Below, piece by piece: positions 1 to 9,761 of a stretch of DNA of 31,985 nt. The notes under the pieces were generated by a model, which made no database searches, was not told where the DNA came from, and saw nothing but the letters and a program-made list of their open reading frames with translations. The DNA lies in the NCBI GenBank assembly GCA_004213235.1, contig SHAI01000001.1, positions 1 through 31,985 on the forward strand. The letters run 5' to 3'. Numbering within the stretch: position 1 is the stretch's first letter; every line of letters begins with the position of its first letter. The translations under genes were made by a program, and so were the position numbers. Origin of the DNA: Parvularculaceae bacterium (lineage in GTDB: Bacteria; Pseudomonadota; Alphaproteobacteria; Caulobacterales; Parvularculaceae).

Positions 1-1
1 C

Positions 2-2248
2 GGCGACACCACAACCACCGCGAATGCCATCAGTGTCGATACCGGCGTAGACCCGATTGCGCCAGCAGGTGCAAACGATGATCAGATCATTGAGGATCTA
101 GATGCCGAAGCGGAAGGCGACTTCGGTGCCGTTGAGGAAATTGTCGAGCCGGAAGAAGACCCAGACGAAGAAAAACTTGCTGCCGCTGAAGACGCGGACG
201 GCGAGGCGGCAGACGATGACGGGAACGATGACGGGAACGATGACGGGGAGGACGAAACTCCTGAAGCCCGGGAAAGTCGGCGTGAACTTTTGGAGCGTTA
301 TCGCGAAGCGCGGCGAAATCGTCAGCGCCTGCTGCGCGGTTACAAGATTCAAGAGGTCATTAAACGGCGGCAGATTCTGCTGATCCAGGTCGTCAAGGAA
401 GAACGCGGCAATAAAGGTGCGGCATTGACGACATATATGTCGCTTGCTGGCCGGTATTGCGTCCTTATGCCGAACACGGCCCGAGGCGGTGGCATCTCCC
501 GAAAAATTCCGAATGCGTCTGACCGCAAGAGGTTACGCAAAGTCGTGGATGGGCTGGACGTCACCCAAGGCATGGGGCTTATCATCCGAACTGCAGGCGC
601 CAAACGCACCAAGGCAGAGATCAAGCGCGACTATGATTATCTGACGCGCCTGTGGGAAACCATCCGCGAACTCACCCTGAAGTCGATTGCGCCAGCACTG
701 ATCTATGAAGAAGCGAGTCTGATCAAACGGGCAATTCGCGACCTTTACGACAAAGACATCGACAAGGTGCTGGTTGAAGGCGAAGGCGGGTACCGTGAAG
801 CAAAAGACTTCATGAAGATGCTGATGCCGTCCCACGCCAAAAATGTACAACCCTACAAGGACGCCACGCCACTATTCCTGCGCAACAAGGTGGAAACCCA
901 GCTGGACGCGATGTTCAAACCGGAGGTTCGACTCAAATCTGGCGGTTATTTGGTCATCAACCAAACCGAAGCTTTGGTGTCTGTGGATGTAAACTCAGGC
1001 AAGGCGACGCGCGAACGCAATATTGAGCAAACCGCGCTGAAAACAAATATTGAAGCCGCCAAGGAATTGGCACGCCAGTGCCGGCTACGCGACCTTGCCG
1101 GCCTGATCGTGGTCGACTTCATCGACATGGAGGAGAACCGCAATAACCGTGCAGTTGAGAAGAAGTTCAAAGAGGCGCTGAGAACGGATCGTGCACGCAT
1201 CCAGGTCGGGCGCATTTCCTCCTTCGGCCTTCTTGAGATGTCACGCCAACGACGTCGCTCAGGCATTGTCGACGGCACGACGACGGCTTGCCCGACATGC
1301 GATGGCGCGGGTGTTGTACGCTCCAACGAGACGGCGGGACTGCGCATTTTACGTGCGGTTGAATCGGAAGCCATTGACGGCAAAGCGGGCACCCTAAACA
1401 TCAAAACGTCAATTGATGTGGCGATGTACATTTTGAATTTCAAACGCGATTGGCTGCGCCGTATTGAAGAAAACTATGGCGTCAATATTGAGCTAACAGC
1501 GGACGCAACAAAGACCGGGGATCAATACGCGATTGAAAAATCCGCATCTCGCCGCACGCCCGCGCCCGTACCAACTGCCGTTCGCGCAGATCTGAGTGAG
1601 ACGGATGCCGACGCGGCAGAAGAACAAGCCACCGGCTCGAAAGAAGCGTCTGAAAAGGAAGAGGAACCCAGCGGGCGTAAGCGCCGTCGTCGGAAGCGTC
1701 GCCGCCGGTCCGAAGAAGACCAGTCAGAGAGTAACGCCCCGCAGGAAGTCGACACGGCAGCCACAGACCAACCACCAGAACAGGCTGGCGAAGAGACAAA
1801 AACTGCGGACGGCGACGAAGCCAGTGATGAGGAAGGCGAAAAACAACGCCGGCGCAGGCGCCGCGGACGGCGTGGCGGTCGGCGTAATCGCCGTGGGGGC
1901 GAGCAGGACGTCGCCGCCGAAACATCGGCTAACACCGACGCGGAGACCACCGTTTCTGCCCCTGAAATGACGGCAGACAACAACACGCAAACGCCCGACA
2001 CCGGCGCAAGCGCTGAAACGAAAAACGAGGACACAGCCGCGGTTGTAACAGGTCCAATCACCGAGGCTTCGGAAGCTCCCAGTTCTAAGGAGGTTTCGTC
2101 GCAAGAAGCACCAGTCGCACCCGATGGAACCACCGATGCGCCGGAAGTTGACAGCCCTGATAGCGCTGCAGAAGAAGCCCTTAAGGCCGAAGAAATCCCG
2201 GCAAAACCAACCCGCAAGGGCTGGTGGCAGCGGGCGCTGGGTGGATAA
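2..2248 (+). CDS. rne: Ribonuclease E (Rne/Rng family), 5' partial
   Basis: Frame is open from base 2 (GDTTTTANAISVD...), upstream of the track's 290 start, and covers the acidic S1 insertion. Motifs: QVVKEERGNKGAALTTY, SVDVNSG, VVDFIDM (Mg-binding Asp residues), CPTC Zn-link, Arg-rich C-terminal patches and a terminal KGWWQR. Confidence 0.97.
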   Translation, partial: GDTTTTANAISVDTGVDPIAPAGANDDQIIEDLDAEAEGDFGAVEEIVEPEEDPDEEKLAAAEDADGEAADDDGNDDGNDDGEDETPEARESRRELLERYREARRNRQRLLRGYKIQEVIKRRQILLIQVVKEERGNKGAALTTYMSLAGRYCVLMPNTARGGGISRKIPNASDRKRLRKVVDGLDVTQGMGLIIRTAGAKRTKAEIKRDYDYLTRLWETIRELTLKSIAPALIYEEASLIKRAIRDLYDKDIDKVLVEGEGGYREAKDFMKMLMPSHAKNVQPYKDATPLFLRNKVETQLDAMFKPEVRLKSGGYLVINQTEALVSVDVNSGKATRERNIEQTALKTNIEAAKELARQCRLRDLAGLIVVDFIDMEENRNNRAVEKKFKEALRTDRARIQVGRISSFGLLEMSRQRRRSGIVDGTTTACPTCDGAGVVRSNETAGLRILRAVESEAIDGKAGTLNIKTSIDVAMYILNFKRDWLRRIEENYGVNIELTADATKTGDQYAIEKSASRRTPAPVPTAVRADLSETDADAAEEQATGSKEASEKEEEPSGRKRRRRKRRRRSEEDQSESNAPQEVDTAATDQPPEQAGEETKTADGDEASDEEGEKQRRRRRRGRRGGRRNRRGGEQDVAAETSANTDAETTVSAPEMTADNNTQTPDTGASAETKNEDTAAVVTGPITEASEAPSSKEVSSQEAPVAPDGTTDAPEVDSPDSAAEEALKAEEIPAKPTRKGWWQRALGG
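213..248 (+). repeat. 3 x 12 bp in-frame tandem repeat (ACGATGACGGGA) encoding DDGN/DDGN/DDGE in the RNase E acidic insertion
   Basis: Read directly: acgatgacggga acgatgacggga acgatgacgggg. Confidence 0.9.
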
Positions 2249-2419
2249 TTTTTCCAGCTTGGTGCCCAATAATGACGGGATTATGGCCCGGACCCCATCA
2301 ACCGGTATTTCAACTGGCCCATTGCGCTGCCATAATTCCACCCACATGTGTCGGCATGCTTTAGCGTCTATTGCGTAAATGAGCGGGTTATCCGGCGCGC
2401 ATCCGCGAGGAGAACGATT

Positions 2420-3787
2420 ATGGGGTTCTATCCAGTCTTTCGCCGGCATATGCGCCAGCTTGCATGTACGATTGCCGGACTTGCCCTGGCGACAGTTTCG
2501 CCGGCGAACGCCCAGTCGCTACTGCGTGATGCCGAAATTGAAGAATGGCTGGAAGATTATAGTCACCCCATTCTTGAAGCCGCAGGTATACCGCCGTCAC
2601 GAATTGAGATTCTGCTTATTGGCGATCCAACTTTTAACGCATTCGCTGGTGGGCGCTATATGGGCTACCACACTGGTCTATTGACGTCCGCGAGTACGCC
2701 AAACGAGATCGAAGCTGTGATCGCCCACGAAGTCGGGCACATTGCCGGCGGCCACACAGCGCGGTCCGACGACGCGATTGCGGCGGCGACGCGGCCAATG
2801 CTGTTAAGCCTGGTGCTCGTCGCTGGAGCCATTGCCGCCGGTTCGCCGCAAGCTGGCTTTGGTCTTCTAGGTCTTGGTCAAACGATTGGAACGGCCAACT
2901 TCCTGAAATACAGTCGTAGCCAGGAAGCGTCCGCAGACCAATTATCCATTCGATACCTGGAAAAACTCGGAAAATCCGGCGCTGGGGCAATTGAGATATG
3001 GCAGGACCGGATGGGTGAACAGATCGTCCGTGGCAGGAAGGTCAATCCATACCGGCAAACGCACCCGCTACCGACCGCACGCGTTGAGGCCCTGCGTACA
3101 AAAATTGAAGCCTCCCCTTATTTCAACACGCGCGACAGCGAAGAAGAAATTCACCGCCTGAAAATGATCCAGGCAAAAATCAATGGTTTCATGCAGGAGC
3201 CGAAATATACCTTCCGCCAATATCCGGAAACGGACAAATCAGATACCGCCCTTTATGCGCGAGCGGTTGCCTATTACCGCGCCGCGGATATCGACAAGGC
3301 ACTGACGGAGATTAATTCTCTTTTGGCCACCTACCCGGACAACCCCTTTTTCCATGAACTAAAGGGGCAGATGCTGTTTGAATTCGGGCGGATTGATGCC
3401 GCCATTCCACCGCATAGGGAATCTGTTCGCCTTAGCCCCGATGAACCCTTGCTGCGCATCAACCTTGGCCGCGCGCTCCTGAGCAAAGAAGACCTTGCCA
3501 TAGTTGACGAGGCCATCAGGGAACTGAAAACTGCCTTGGCTATGGAACCAGATAATTCCTTCGCCTGGTTTGAGTTATCCCGCGCCTATGGCCTGAAAGG
3601 TGACCTGCCCCTGGCACACCTTGCGACCGCCGAGTCGAAATATCATGCCCGACAGGTTGGTGAAGCCGCACAATTTGCCCAGCGCGCCTTGAAAGGCCTG
3701 CGGCCCGGCACTCCAGAACACCGCCAGGCCCTTGATATCCTCACCGCAGCGCAAAATGTTGCTGCGAAGAAAAGAGGGCGGCGCTGA
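2420..3787 (+). CDS. M48 family Zn metalloprotease with TPR-like C-terminal region (BepA/YfgC-like)
   Basis: HEVGH zinc motif, QEASAD third-ligand helix, THPL loop, signal peptide ending ANAQ. Start placed at ATG 2420 behind GAGGAG; ATG 2450 is an alternative. Confidence 0.92.
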   Translation: MGFYPVFRRHMRQLACTIAGLALATVSPANAQSLLRDAEIEEWLEDYSHPILEAAGIPPSRIEILLIGDPTFNAFAGGRYMGYHTGLLTSASTPNEIEAVIAHEVGHIAGGHTARSDDAIAAATRPMLLSLVLVAGAIAAGSPQAGFGLLGLGQTIGTANFLKYSRSQEASADQLSIRYLEKLGKSGAGAIEIWQDRMGEQIVRGRKVNPYRQTHPLPTARVEALRTKIEASPYFNTRDSEEEIHRLKMIQAKINGFMQEPKYTFRQYPETDKSDTALYARAVAYYRAADIDKALTEINSLLATYPDNPFFHELKGQMLFEFGRIDAAIPPHRESVRLSPDEPLLRINLGRALLSKEDLAIVDEAIRELKTALAMEPDNSFAWFELSRAYGLKGDLPLAHLATAESKYHARQVGEAAQFAQRALKGLRPGTPEHRQALDILTAAQNVAAKKRGRR

Positions 3788-3935
3788 CGATCCGGAACCA
3801 GACGCCTGTTTACTGTGGCGGCACGTTGCAGTGCAGCGCGAAGCGCGCCCATGGCTATCTGGATCAAGAAACGCTAAACCGGATCCAGGCGATCTTTCGC
3901 CAACCAGTAGTTGGCCAATATGTGGGGTTGGGCAG

Positions 3936-4757
3936 ATGAAGAATAGAACAATAGTTATTGCGGCCATTGCCGCCGCTGCCGGCGCGTCCTTTACGTTCGC
4001 GGGCCTGACCTATGCACAATCGGCACAAAGCGATGCAAGCGCGAATGTCGCAACCGAATTCAGTGATGCACAAGCGCAGGACATTCGGAAAATTGTCGAG
4101 GCCTATATCCGCGACAACCCGGAAGTCATGATCGAATCCATTAACGCCTATGCAGCGCAAGAAGAGGATTTATTGCTGGCCCGCCAGGAAGCGGCACAGT
4201 CTGAGGCTGCGGTCTATCTTGCATCGGATGAGGACGCCTTCGCGGCAGGCCGCGCGCCGGAGAAGGCGCGTGTCGCTGTGGTTGAGTTTTTCGATTATCA
4301 TTGTGGCTTCTGCAAACGTGCCAGCGGTCTGGTCAGGGATCTGGCGAAAAGCGACGAAGACGTGAAGGTTGTTTTTCGAGAATTACCCATTCTAAAGCGA
4401 GAATCAGAAATTGCTGCACGCTATGCGCTCGCAGCGCGCGATCAGGGAAAATATCTGGATTTCCATTTTGCCTTGATGAGATCTTCAGGCACCCTGACTG
4501 AAGACAGAATTCTCGACATCGCGAAGAAAAATGGTCTTGAGCTCGACGCCCTGCGCGAAAGTGCTGAAAGCGAAGCAGTTCGAGTTGCCGTTGACCGCCA
4601 GCGGACAATTGCCAGCGAGATTGGCGTCGACGGCACACCGGGATTTATCATCGCGACCACGGATGGATCTCATATTGATCTGGTGCCCGGCTTTGCCCCG
4701 GACCGCGTTCTCGAAGCTGTGAAAAAAGCGAAAGAAGCTCTCAAGGCTGATAAATAG
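3936..4757 (+). CDS. DsbA-family thiol:disulfide oxidoreductase (Com1/ScsC-like)
   Basis: FFDYHCGFCKR (CxxC), GVDGTPGF cis-Pro loop, N-terminal signal peptide, IVEAYIRDNPEV helix. Start moved from 3732 to ATG 3936 (MKNRTIVIAA). Confidence 0.92.
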   Translation: MKNRTIVIAAIAAAAGASFTFAGLTYAQSAQSDASANVATEFSDAQAQDIRKIVEAYIRDNPEVMIESINAYAAQEEDLLLARQEAAQSEAAVYLASDEDAFAAGRAPEKARVAVVEFFDYHCGFCKRASGLVRDLAKSDEDVKVVFRELPILKRESEIAARYALAARDQGKYLDFHFALMRSSGTLTEDRILDIAKKNGLELDALRESAESEAVRVAVDRQRTIASEIGVDGTPGFIIATTDGSHIDLVPGFAPDRVLEAVKKAKEALKADK

Positions 4758-4838
4758 ACAAAAGCCGACGCCGCCCCATGCTTGGTGTGGCGCGGAAATG
4801 TTATCGGCGGGAGGGCGTCCCTTCCCTCTCTTGGTAAC

Positions 4839-5621
4839 TTAAATCAGCCCCGCCAATGGCGACGACGGATCAGCATACCGCTTCTTCGGCATTCGGCCGG
4901 CAAGATAGGCCTCACGGCCCGCGATAACAGCGTGTTTCATCGCCGATGCCATCAGCACAGGGTCTTTCGCTTCGGCAATCGCTGTATTCATCAAGACACC
5001 GTCACAGCCAAGCTCCATGGCCACCGCTGCGTCAGAAGCGGTACCAACGCCCGCATCCACAATCACCGGGACACTTGACTGCTCAACGATCAACCGGATG
5101 TTCACGGGGTTTTGAACACCAAGCCCGGAGCCAATCAAGGATCCAAGGGGCATTATGGCGCAGCAGCCGACATCTTCCAGCTTGCGCGCAAAAACCGGAT
5201 CATCGGAACAATATACCATAACATCAAAACCGTCCGCGATCAGAAGTTTCGCAGCCCGCAGGGTTTCTTCCATGTCCGGGTAGAGCGTTTTTTGGTCGGC
5301 AAGCACTTCCAGCTTTACGAGCGACCACCCCCCAGCCTCCCGCGCGAGACGGAGCGTCCTGATCGCGTCATCGGCAGTAAAACATCCGGCCGTGTTGGGA
5401 AGGTAGACATATTGCTTCGGGTCAAGATGATCTACGAGCATCGGTTTTTCACGATCGGTCAAGTTCACCCGACGCACGGCCACCGTAACCATTTGCGCCC
5501 CAGCAGCATCGGCCGCTTGGGCATTTTCCTCATATGTTTTGTATTTGCCCGTTCCGATAATGAGGCGCGAAGAAAACTCCCGCCCGGCAATAACCAGACG
5601 GTCCCGGGAAAGCTCGGCCAT
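4839..5621 (-). CDS. thiG: Thiazole synthase
   Basis: [55 protein letters not shown]. Start set at ATG 5621, 1 nt after the thiS stop. Confidence 0.97.
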   Translation of the reverse strand: MAELSRDRLVIAGREFSSRLIIGTGKYKTYEENAQAADAAGAQMVTVAVRRVNLTDREKPMLVDHLDPKQYVYLPNTAGCFTADDAIRTLRLAREAGGWSLVKLEVLADQKTLYPDMEETLRAAKLLIADGFDVMVYCSDDPVFARKLEDVGCCAIMPLGSLIGSGLGVQNPVNIRLIVEQSSVPVIVDAGVGTASDAAVAMELGCDGVLMNTAIAEAKDPVLMASAMKHAVIAGREAYLAGRMPKKRYADPSSPLAGLI

Positions 5622-5622
5622 C

Positions 5623-5823
5623 TCAGCCACCTCCAACAAAATGAACAATTTCCAATCGATCACCATCAGCAAGCATGGTGTCGCCAAAAGCAGATTTTGG
5701 GACAATTTCCAGGTTTCGCTCCACGGCGACCTTGCGCGGATCGAGTGTCAGGCGGGTTGTGAGTTCGGCAATGGAAAGCGGGCCTTCCAACTCCCGCGTT
5801 TCACCGTTAAGGGTTATTTTCAT
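5623..5823 (-). CDS. thiS: Sulfur carrier protein ThiS
   Basis: 66 aa; [34 protein letters not shown]-terminal Gly-Gly; directly upstream of thiG. Confidence 0.96.
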   Translation of the reverse strand: MKITLNGETRELEGPLSIAELTTRLTLDPRKVAVERNLEIVPKSAFGDTMLADGDRLEIVHFVGGG

Positions 5824-5918
5824 CGCAGGCCTGTAGGTTCAAGGTTCGCTGATGGGCGTTTCATTTAGGCGCGCAACGTCTCACCGGCAAGCATATGGGC
5901 CGAATTTAATGGTAATGC

Positions 5919-5963
5919 GGCCAAGGACAGGACGGCCAAGGACAGGACGGCCAAGGACAGGGC
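5919..5963 (+). repeat. 3 x 15 bp tandem repeat (GGCCAAGGACAGGAC) in the divergent thiS/aroQ intergenic region, followed by two degenerate GGCCAC-led units
   Basis: ggccaaggacaggac ggccaaggacaggac ggccaaggacagggc; further ggccac starts at 5961 and 5976. Confidence 0.9.
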
Positions 5964-6011
5964 CACGAAGTAAGGGGCCACCAGGGACAAGAGACCATTC
6001 GGGAGGGGACC

Positions 6012-6470
6012 ATTACCGAGCCACAACGCATTTTTATCCTGAACGGCCCCAATCTGAACCTTTTAGGTCAGCGCGAGCCTGAAATTTACGGATCAACCAC
6101 CCTGGCGGAGATTGAGGCGGCATGCCGCAATCACGCGTCCAAGCTAGGTGTTAGCGTAGAATTCCGCCAGTCGAACCATGAAGGCGATCTTGTCGACTGG
6201 GTCCAGGAGGCGGCAAACGCAGGGGCCGACATTGTCCTCAATGCCGCTGCTTACACACACACCTCTATTGCGCTTCATGATGCGCTCAAGGCAGCAGCAG
6301 CTGTTGAGATTGTAGAGGTGCACTTGTCTAACGTGCACGCGCGCGAGCGTTTTCGCGCAAGATCATATGTTTCAAAGGTCGCGAATGGGGTTATTTGCGG
6401 GTTCGGAATAACCAGTTACCTGCTAGCGCTTGACGCGCTTGTGCGATTAAATGAAAAAGTCGAGAAATAA
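6012..6470 (+). CDS. aroQ: Type II 3-dehydroquinate dehydratase (absent from the ORF track; apparent ATT start)
   Basis: My translation: (M)[30 protein letters not shown]...[17 protein letters not shown]...[16 protein letters not shown]...[14 protein letters not shown]...EKVEK*, 152 aa, stop TAA 6468-6470. GGAGG at 6002-6006 precedes ATT 6012. aroQ-accB-accC is a common gene order. Confidence 0.95.
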   Translation: MTEPQRIFILNGPNLNLLGQREPEIYGSTTLAEIEAACRNHASKLGVSVEFRQSNHEGDLVDWVQEAANAGADIVLNAAAYTHTSIALHDALKAAAAVEIVEVHLSNVHARERFRARSYVSKVANGVICGFGITSYLLALDALVRLNEKVEK

Positions 6471-6488
6471 AAAAAATAGGAATATCTG

Positions 6489-6962
6489 ATGGCGGACGCC
6501 AAAGACGACGAAAACAATTTGGAAATCGCATGGATACGCGAGCTGGCAGGCGTTCTTGACGATACGCGGCTCACGGAAATCGAAATCGAAAAAGAGAATA
6601 TCCGCGTCCGCGTTGCGCGCACGGTTACGGCTGTATCCGCACCCGTTCCAGTTGCTGCGGCTGAGCCTCAGCCGGTTGCCGCCCCGACGCCTCCGGCCGC
6701 CATAGACGCAGGCCCGGCAGCACCGCCAACCGGTGCCGTGCCGTCGCCCATGGTAGGAACTGTTTACCTTTCCGCCTCCCCCGGAACACCATCATTTGTC
6801 AAAGTTGGCGATGCGGTTAGCGAGGGCGATACGTTAATGATCGTAGAGGCGATGAAAACCATGAACCCGGTGGCTGCGCCGCGTTCGGGCAAGGTAACCC
6901 GCATCCTCGTGCGGAATGAACAGCCTGTAGAGTTCGGCGAACCTCTCCTGACGATCGAATAG
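6489..6962 (+). CDS. accB: Acetyl-CoA carboxylase biotin carboxyl carrier protein
   Basis: Ala/Pro-rich linker, [16 protein letters not shown] biotinylation motif, QPVEFGEPL. Confidence 0.97.
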   Translation: MADAKDDENNLEIAWIRELAGVLDDTRLTEIEIEKENIRVRVARTVTAVSAPVPVAAAEPQPVAAPTPPAAIDAGPAAPPTGAVPSPMVGTVYLSASPGTPSFVKVGDAVSEGDTLMIVEAMKTMNPVAAPRSGKVTRILVRNEQPVEFGEPLLTIE

Positions 6963-6973
6963 GGGCACCGATC

Positions 6974-8317
6974 ATGGTACAGAAGGTCCTGATCGCGAAT
7001 CGCGGAGAAATTGCCCTGCGGGTGCATCGTGCCTGTAAGGAACTCGGCCTGTCCACAGTGGCGGTTCATTCCACAGCCGACGCCAATGCGCTTCATGTCC
7101 GGCTCGCAGACGAAAGTGTTTGCATCGGACCGCCGGCTCCGAAAGACAGCTACTTAAACATTCCGGCTATCATTTCAGCGGCGGAAATCACAAACGCCGA
7201 TGCAATCCACCCAGGCTATGGTTTCCTGTCGGAGAATGCCCGGTTTGCGGATATCGTCCACGCGCACAATATCGTCTTTATTGGTCCGAAGGCAGAGCAT
7301 ATCCGGGTCATGGGCGATAAAATCGCAGCCAAAGCAGCCATGAAAGCTGCAGGTGTTCCATTGGTTCCGGGAAGTGATGGCCCGGTTTCCACCTTGGAAG
7401 AGGCCAAAGCGGCCGCGAACGAAATTGGGTTTCCGGTATTGGTCAAAGCCGCGGCCGGCGGCGGCGGGCGCGGTATGAAGGTCGCTCCAACGGCAGATGA
7501 TCTCGCCGAAGCGTGGTCAACGGCGCGCGCTGAATCCCTCGCCGCCTTCGGCGATGATTCGGTGTATCTGGAGAAATACCTGACAACCCCGCGCCATATT
7601 GAGATACAGGTTATTGCCGACAGTTTTGGGAATGTCGCACAATTGGGTGAGCGCGATTGCTCCCTCCAGCGGCGTCACCAGAAAGTCCTTGAAGAAGCGC
7701 TCTCGCCCGTTTTGGACAATGAGGCGCGCGCGCGCATTGGCGAGATTGCCCGCAAGGCCGTTGCGGACATTGGCTATCTAGGTGCCGGGACAATCGAGTT
7801 TTTATGGGAGAATGGCGAGTTCTATTTCATTGAAATGAACACGCGCATTCAGGTGGAACACCCGATTACCGAGCAGGTCACACGAATCGATCTCGTGCGC
7901 GAGCAGATCAATGTCGGGGCTGGCGCGGAACTGAGTTTCCGTCAGGAAGACGTAACATTCCGGGGCCATGCCATTGAATGCCGAATCAACGCGGAAAACC
8001 CGTTGGACTTTCGTCCCTCCCCCGGCGAAATCACCTTTTTCCACGCCCCCGGCGGACCTGGTGTTCGCTTTGATAGCGCGGTCTATTCCGGCTACTCAAT
8101 CCCGCCATATTATGACTCAATGATTGGCAAGCTGATTGTCTTTGGAGAAACCAGAGATCATTGCATCGCACGATTGCGGCGTGCCTTGTCGGAGTTGGCG
8201 ATCGCCGGGGTTGAGACAACAACACCATTATTCGTGGACCTGCTTGATGAGCCGGATTTCCAGGCGGGCGACTACCACATTCATTGGCTGGAAAACTGGC
8301 TCGCCTCGAAAACTTGA
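6974..8317 (+). CDS. accC: Acetyl-CoA carboxylase biotin carboxylase
   Basis: [69 protein letters not shown]. Confidence 0.98.
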   Translation: MVQKVLIANRGEIALRVHRACKELGLSTVAVHSTADANALHVRLADESVCIGPPAPKDSYLNIPAIISAAEITNADAIHPGYGFLSENARFADIVHAHNIVFIGPKAEHIRVMGDKIAAKAAMKAAGVPLVPGSDGPVSTLEEAKAAANEIGFPVLVKAAAGGGGRGMKVAPTADDLAEAWSTARAESLAAFGDDSVYLEKYLTTPRHIEIQVIADSFGNVAQLGERDCSLQRRHQKVLEEALSPVLDNEARARIGEIARKAVADIGYLGAGTIEFLWENGEFYFIEMNTRIQVEHPITEQVTRIDLVREQINVGAGAELSFRQEDVTFRGHAIECRINAENPLDFRPSPGEITFFHAPGGPGVRFDSAVYSGYSIPPYYDSMIGKLIVFGETRDHCIARLRRALSELAIAGVETTTPLFVDLLDEPDFQAGDYHIHWLENWLASKT

Positions 8318-8362
8318 CGGCACATCATTTCGCAAGCGGTGAAATTACGTCATGGTTTTGCC

Positions 8363-9046
8363 ATGGCCCGTGATGACGCGAGCATCTTGAATGTCGACGA
8401 CCTCCTGGCGGCTTACGCACTGGGTTACTTTCCGATGGCGCGCGCGCGCCACGAAGCAGACGTGGTTTGGGTATTGCCCGATCAGCGCGGCGTACTGCCA
8501 CTCAATGAGGCACGCGCCCCGAAGAAACTATTGAGGTTTTTGCGCCGCTGTCCGTTTGAACTACGCATTAACACAGCATTCCAGCAGGTGATTGAAGCCT
8601 GTGCCGCGCCGACGCCAGGGCGCGAAGAGACCTGGATCAATGACGCTATCATAGAGACCTATTGCGACCTCCATTTCCACGGCCATGCCCATAGCGTGGA
8701 ATGTTGGAATGGAAATGCACTCGTTGGCGGGCTCTATGGGATCGCAATCGGCGGCATTTTTTGCGGCGAAAGCATGTTCTCCAAGGAACCCAACGCCAGC
8801 AAAATCGCCATGTTGCACCTGATTGCGCGGCTTAAATTAGCTGGCTTTTCGCTCCTCGACACCCAATTTCATACCGAGCACCTTGCACAATTCGGGGTTC
8901 GGGAAATGCCGAATAATGTGTACCAGGATGAGTTGAGAAAACTTATTCAGGTGAAGGCCGATTTTACGCAGCCGCCTGCTAATTCATCAGCGGAGATTTT
9001 GTCGTCTACAATCTATGTTTGGCAGTCAATGACCCAAACATCATAA
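8363..9046 (+). CDS. aat: Leucyl/phenylalanyl-tRNA--protein transferase
   Basis: AYALGYFPMA, FQQVIEACA, TWINDAI, AHSVECW, LVGGLYG, FCGESMFS, LLDTQFHTEHLAQFG. Start is ATG 8363 or GTG 8339. Confidence 0.96.
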   Translation: MARDDASILNVDDLLAAYALGYFPMARARHEADVVWVLPDQRGVLPLNEARAPKKLLRFLRRCPFELRINTAFQQVIEACAAPTPGREETWINDAIIETYCDLHFHGHAHSVECWNGNALVGGLYGIAIGGIFCGESMFSKEPNASKIAMLHLIARLKLAGFSLLDTQFHTEHLAQFGVREMPNNVYQDELRKLIQVKADFTQPPANSSAEILSSTIYVWQSMTQTS

Positions 9047-9651
9047 ACGGGATGCTCCAGTGCGTTCAGCGCCGGGCTTGATGCAAACATCCACCCGGAA
9101 AAGATTTTTTGGGTGGTCTCCAACCTTAACTCGCCTTCGGAACCGTTAGAAGGGCCGCTATTTTCAGGCACCCCCGCAACCGCCGGACCGGGATTTGCGC
9201 CCGCCTCGACATTTACGACTTTGATCGTCAGTTTTTCCGATGGGTCAGAATCTATGATCGTCGGCACCTTCAAAACATCCGAAACATCCACAGAGCCTTT
9301 GTCAAAAATCTGCAGGAATGCTGAAACTTCCGGGAATTCCTCGGGAGGACGTTTGTCGCAATAATGCGCCAGTATTTCCAGTCGGCCGAAATTTGCCGTT
9401 TCATTCATCGGGATCGTGATGTCCTGGTACTTGGCCGTAACCTTATTCAAACCCCGGACGGTGACCGAGACAGGCTGTCGATCAGACTGTTTGGAAATAT
9501 CTGGGAATTCGTCATTAGTCGTACGCGACAAAAAATCCAATTCGCTGGCAGGTGATGACCGCAGTGAACCCTGGGCGGCGACAGGCCCGGAAGGGACCAG
9601 CGATGCACATGTGAGCATCGCGACCAGAGCCAAGCTTTGGCGATATGTCAT
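9013..9651 (-). CDS. DUF2155-type secreted protein
   Basis: Signal peptide, VRGLNKVTAK, CDKRPPEEFPE, IFSGWMFASSPALNALEHPVYDVWVIDC, which I recognise as the DUF2155 signature; usual neighbour of aat. Confidence 0.85.
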   Translation of the reverse strand: MTYRQSLALVAMLTCASLVPSGPVAAQGSLRSSPASELDFLSRTTNDEFPDISKQSDRQPVSVTVRGLNKVTAKYQDITIPMNETANFGRLEILAHYCDKRPPEEFPEVSAFLQIFDKGSVDVSDVLKVPTIIDSDPSEKLTIKVVNVEAGANPGPAVAGVPENSGPSNGSEGELRLETTQKIFSGWMFASSPALNALEHPVYDVWVIDCQT

Positions 9652-9761
9652 AGTTTCATCATCCCCTATTCGTCACCTGAGCCCCTCAAGCGTAAGATAG
9701 GATTGCGGCACTGAAATGTCGATCCGACAAACTTGGCCGACGCCCCACGCGCGTCCCCACC

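Noticed and set aside
4758-4838. Terminator between convergent DsbA-like gene and thiG
   Set aside because: GC-rich partial complementarity only; I could not define a clean stem with a U-tract on either strand.
5824-5900. Possible TPP riboswitch upstream of thiS (minus strand has GGTGAGA and CCTTGAACCT)
   Set aside because: The GAT...TAATGC...GCG.AGG P4/P5 elements are absent and the start codon follows 11 nt after AACCT, leaving no room for the aptamer. An Rfam RF00059 search would settle it.
5852-6082. 76 aa ORF with PRTGR repeats
   Set aside because: A translation of the tandem repeat running out of frame into aroQ; no coding signature. Mentioned only as a possible upstream ORF.
9652-9761. 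Remnant of a gene between the NDUFA12-like and DUF2155 genes (I recall an mlaD at this position in some alphaproteobacteria)
   Set aside because: The gap is only 110 bp with no recognisable MCE-like residue pattern; the comparison rests on recollection and cannot be verified here.
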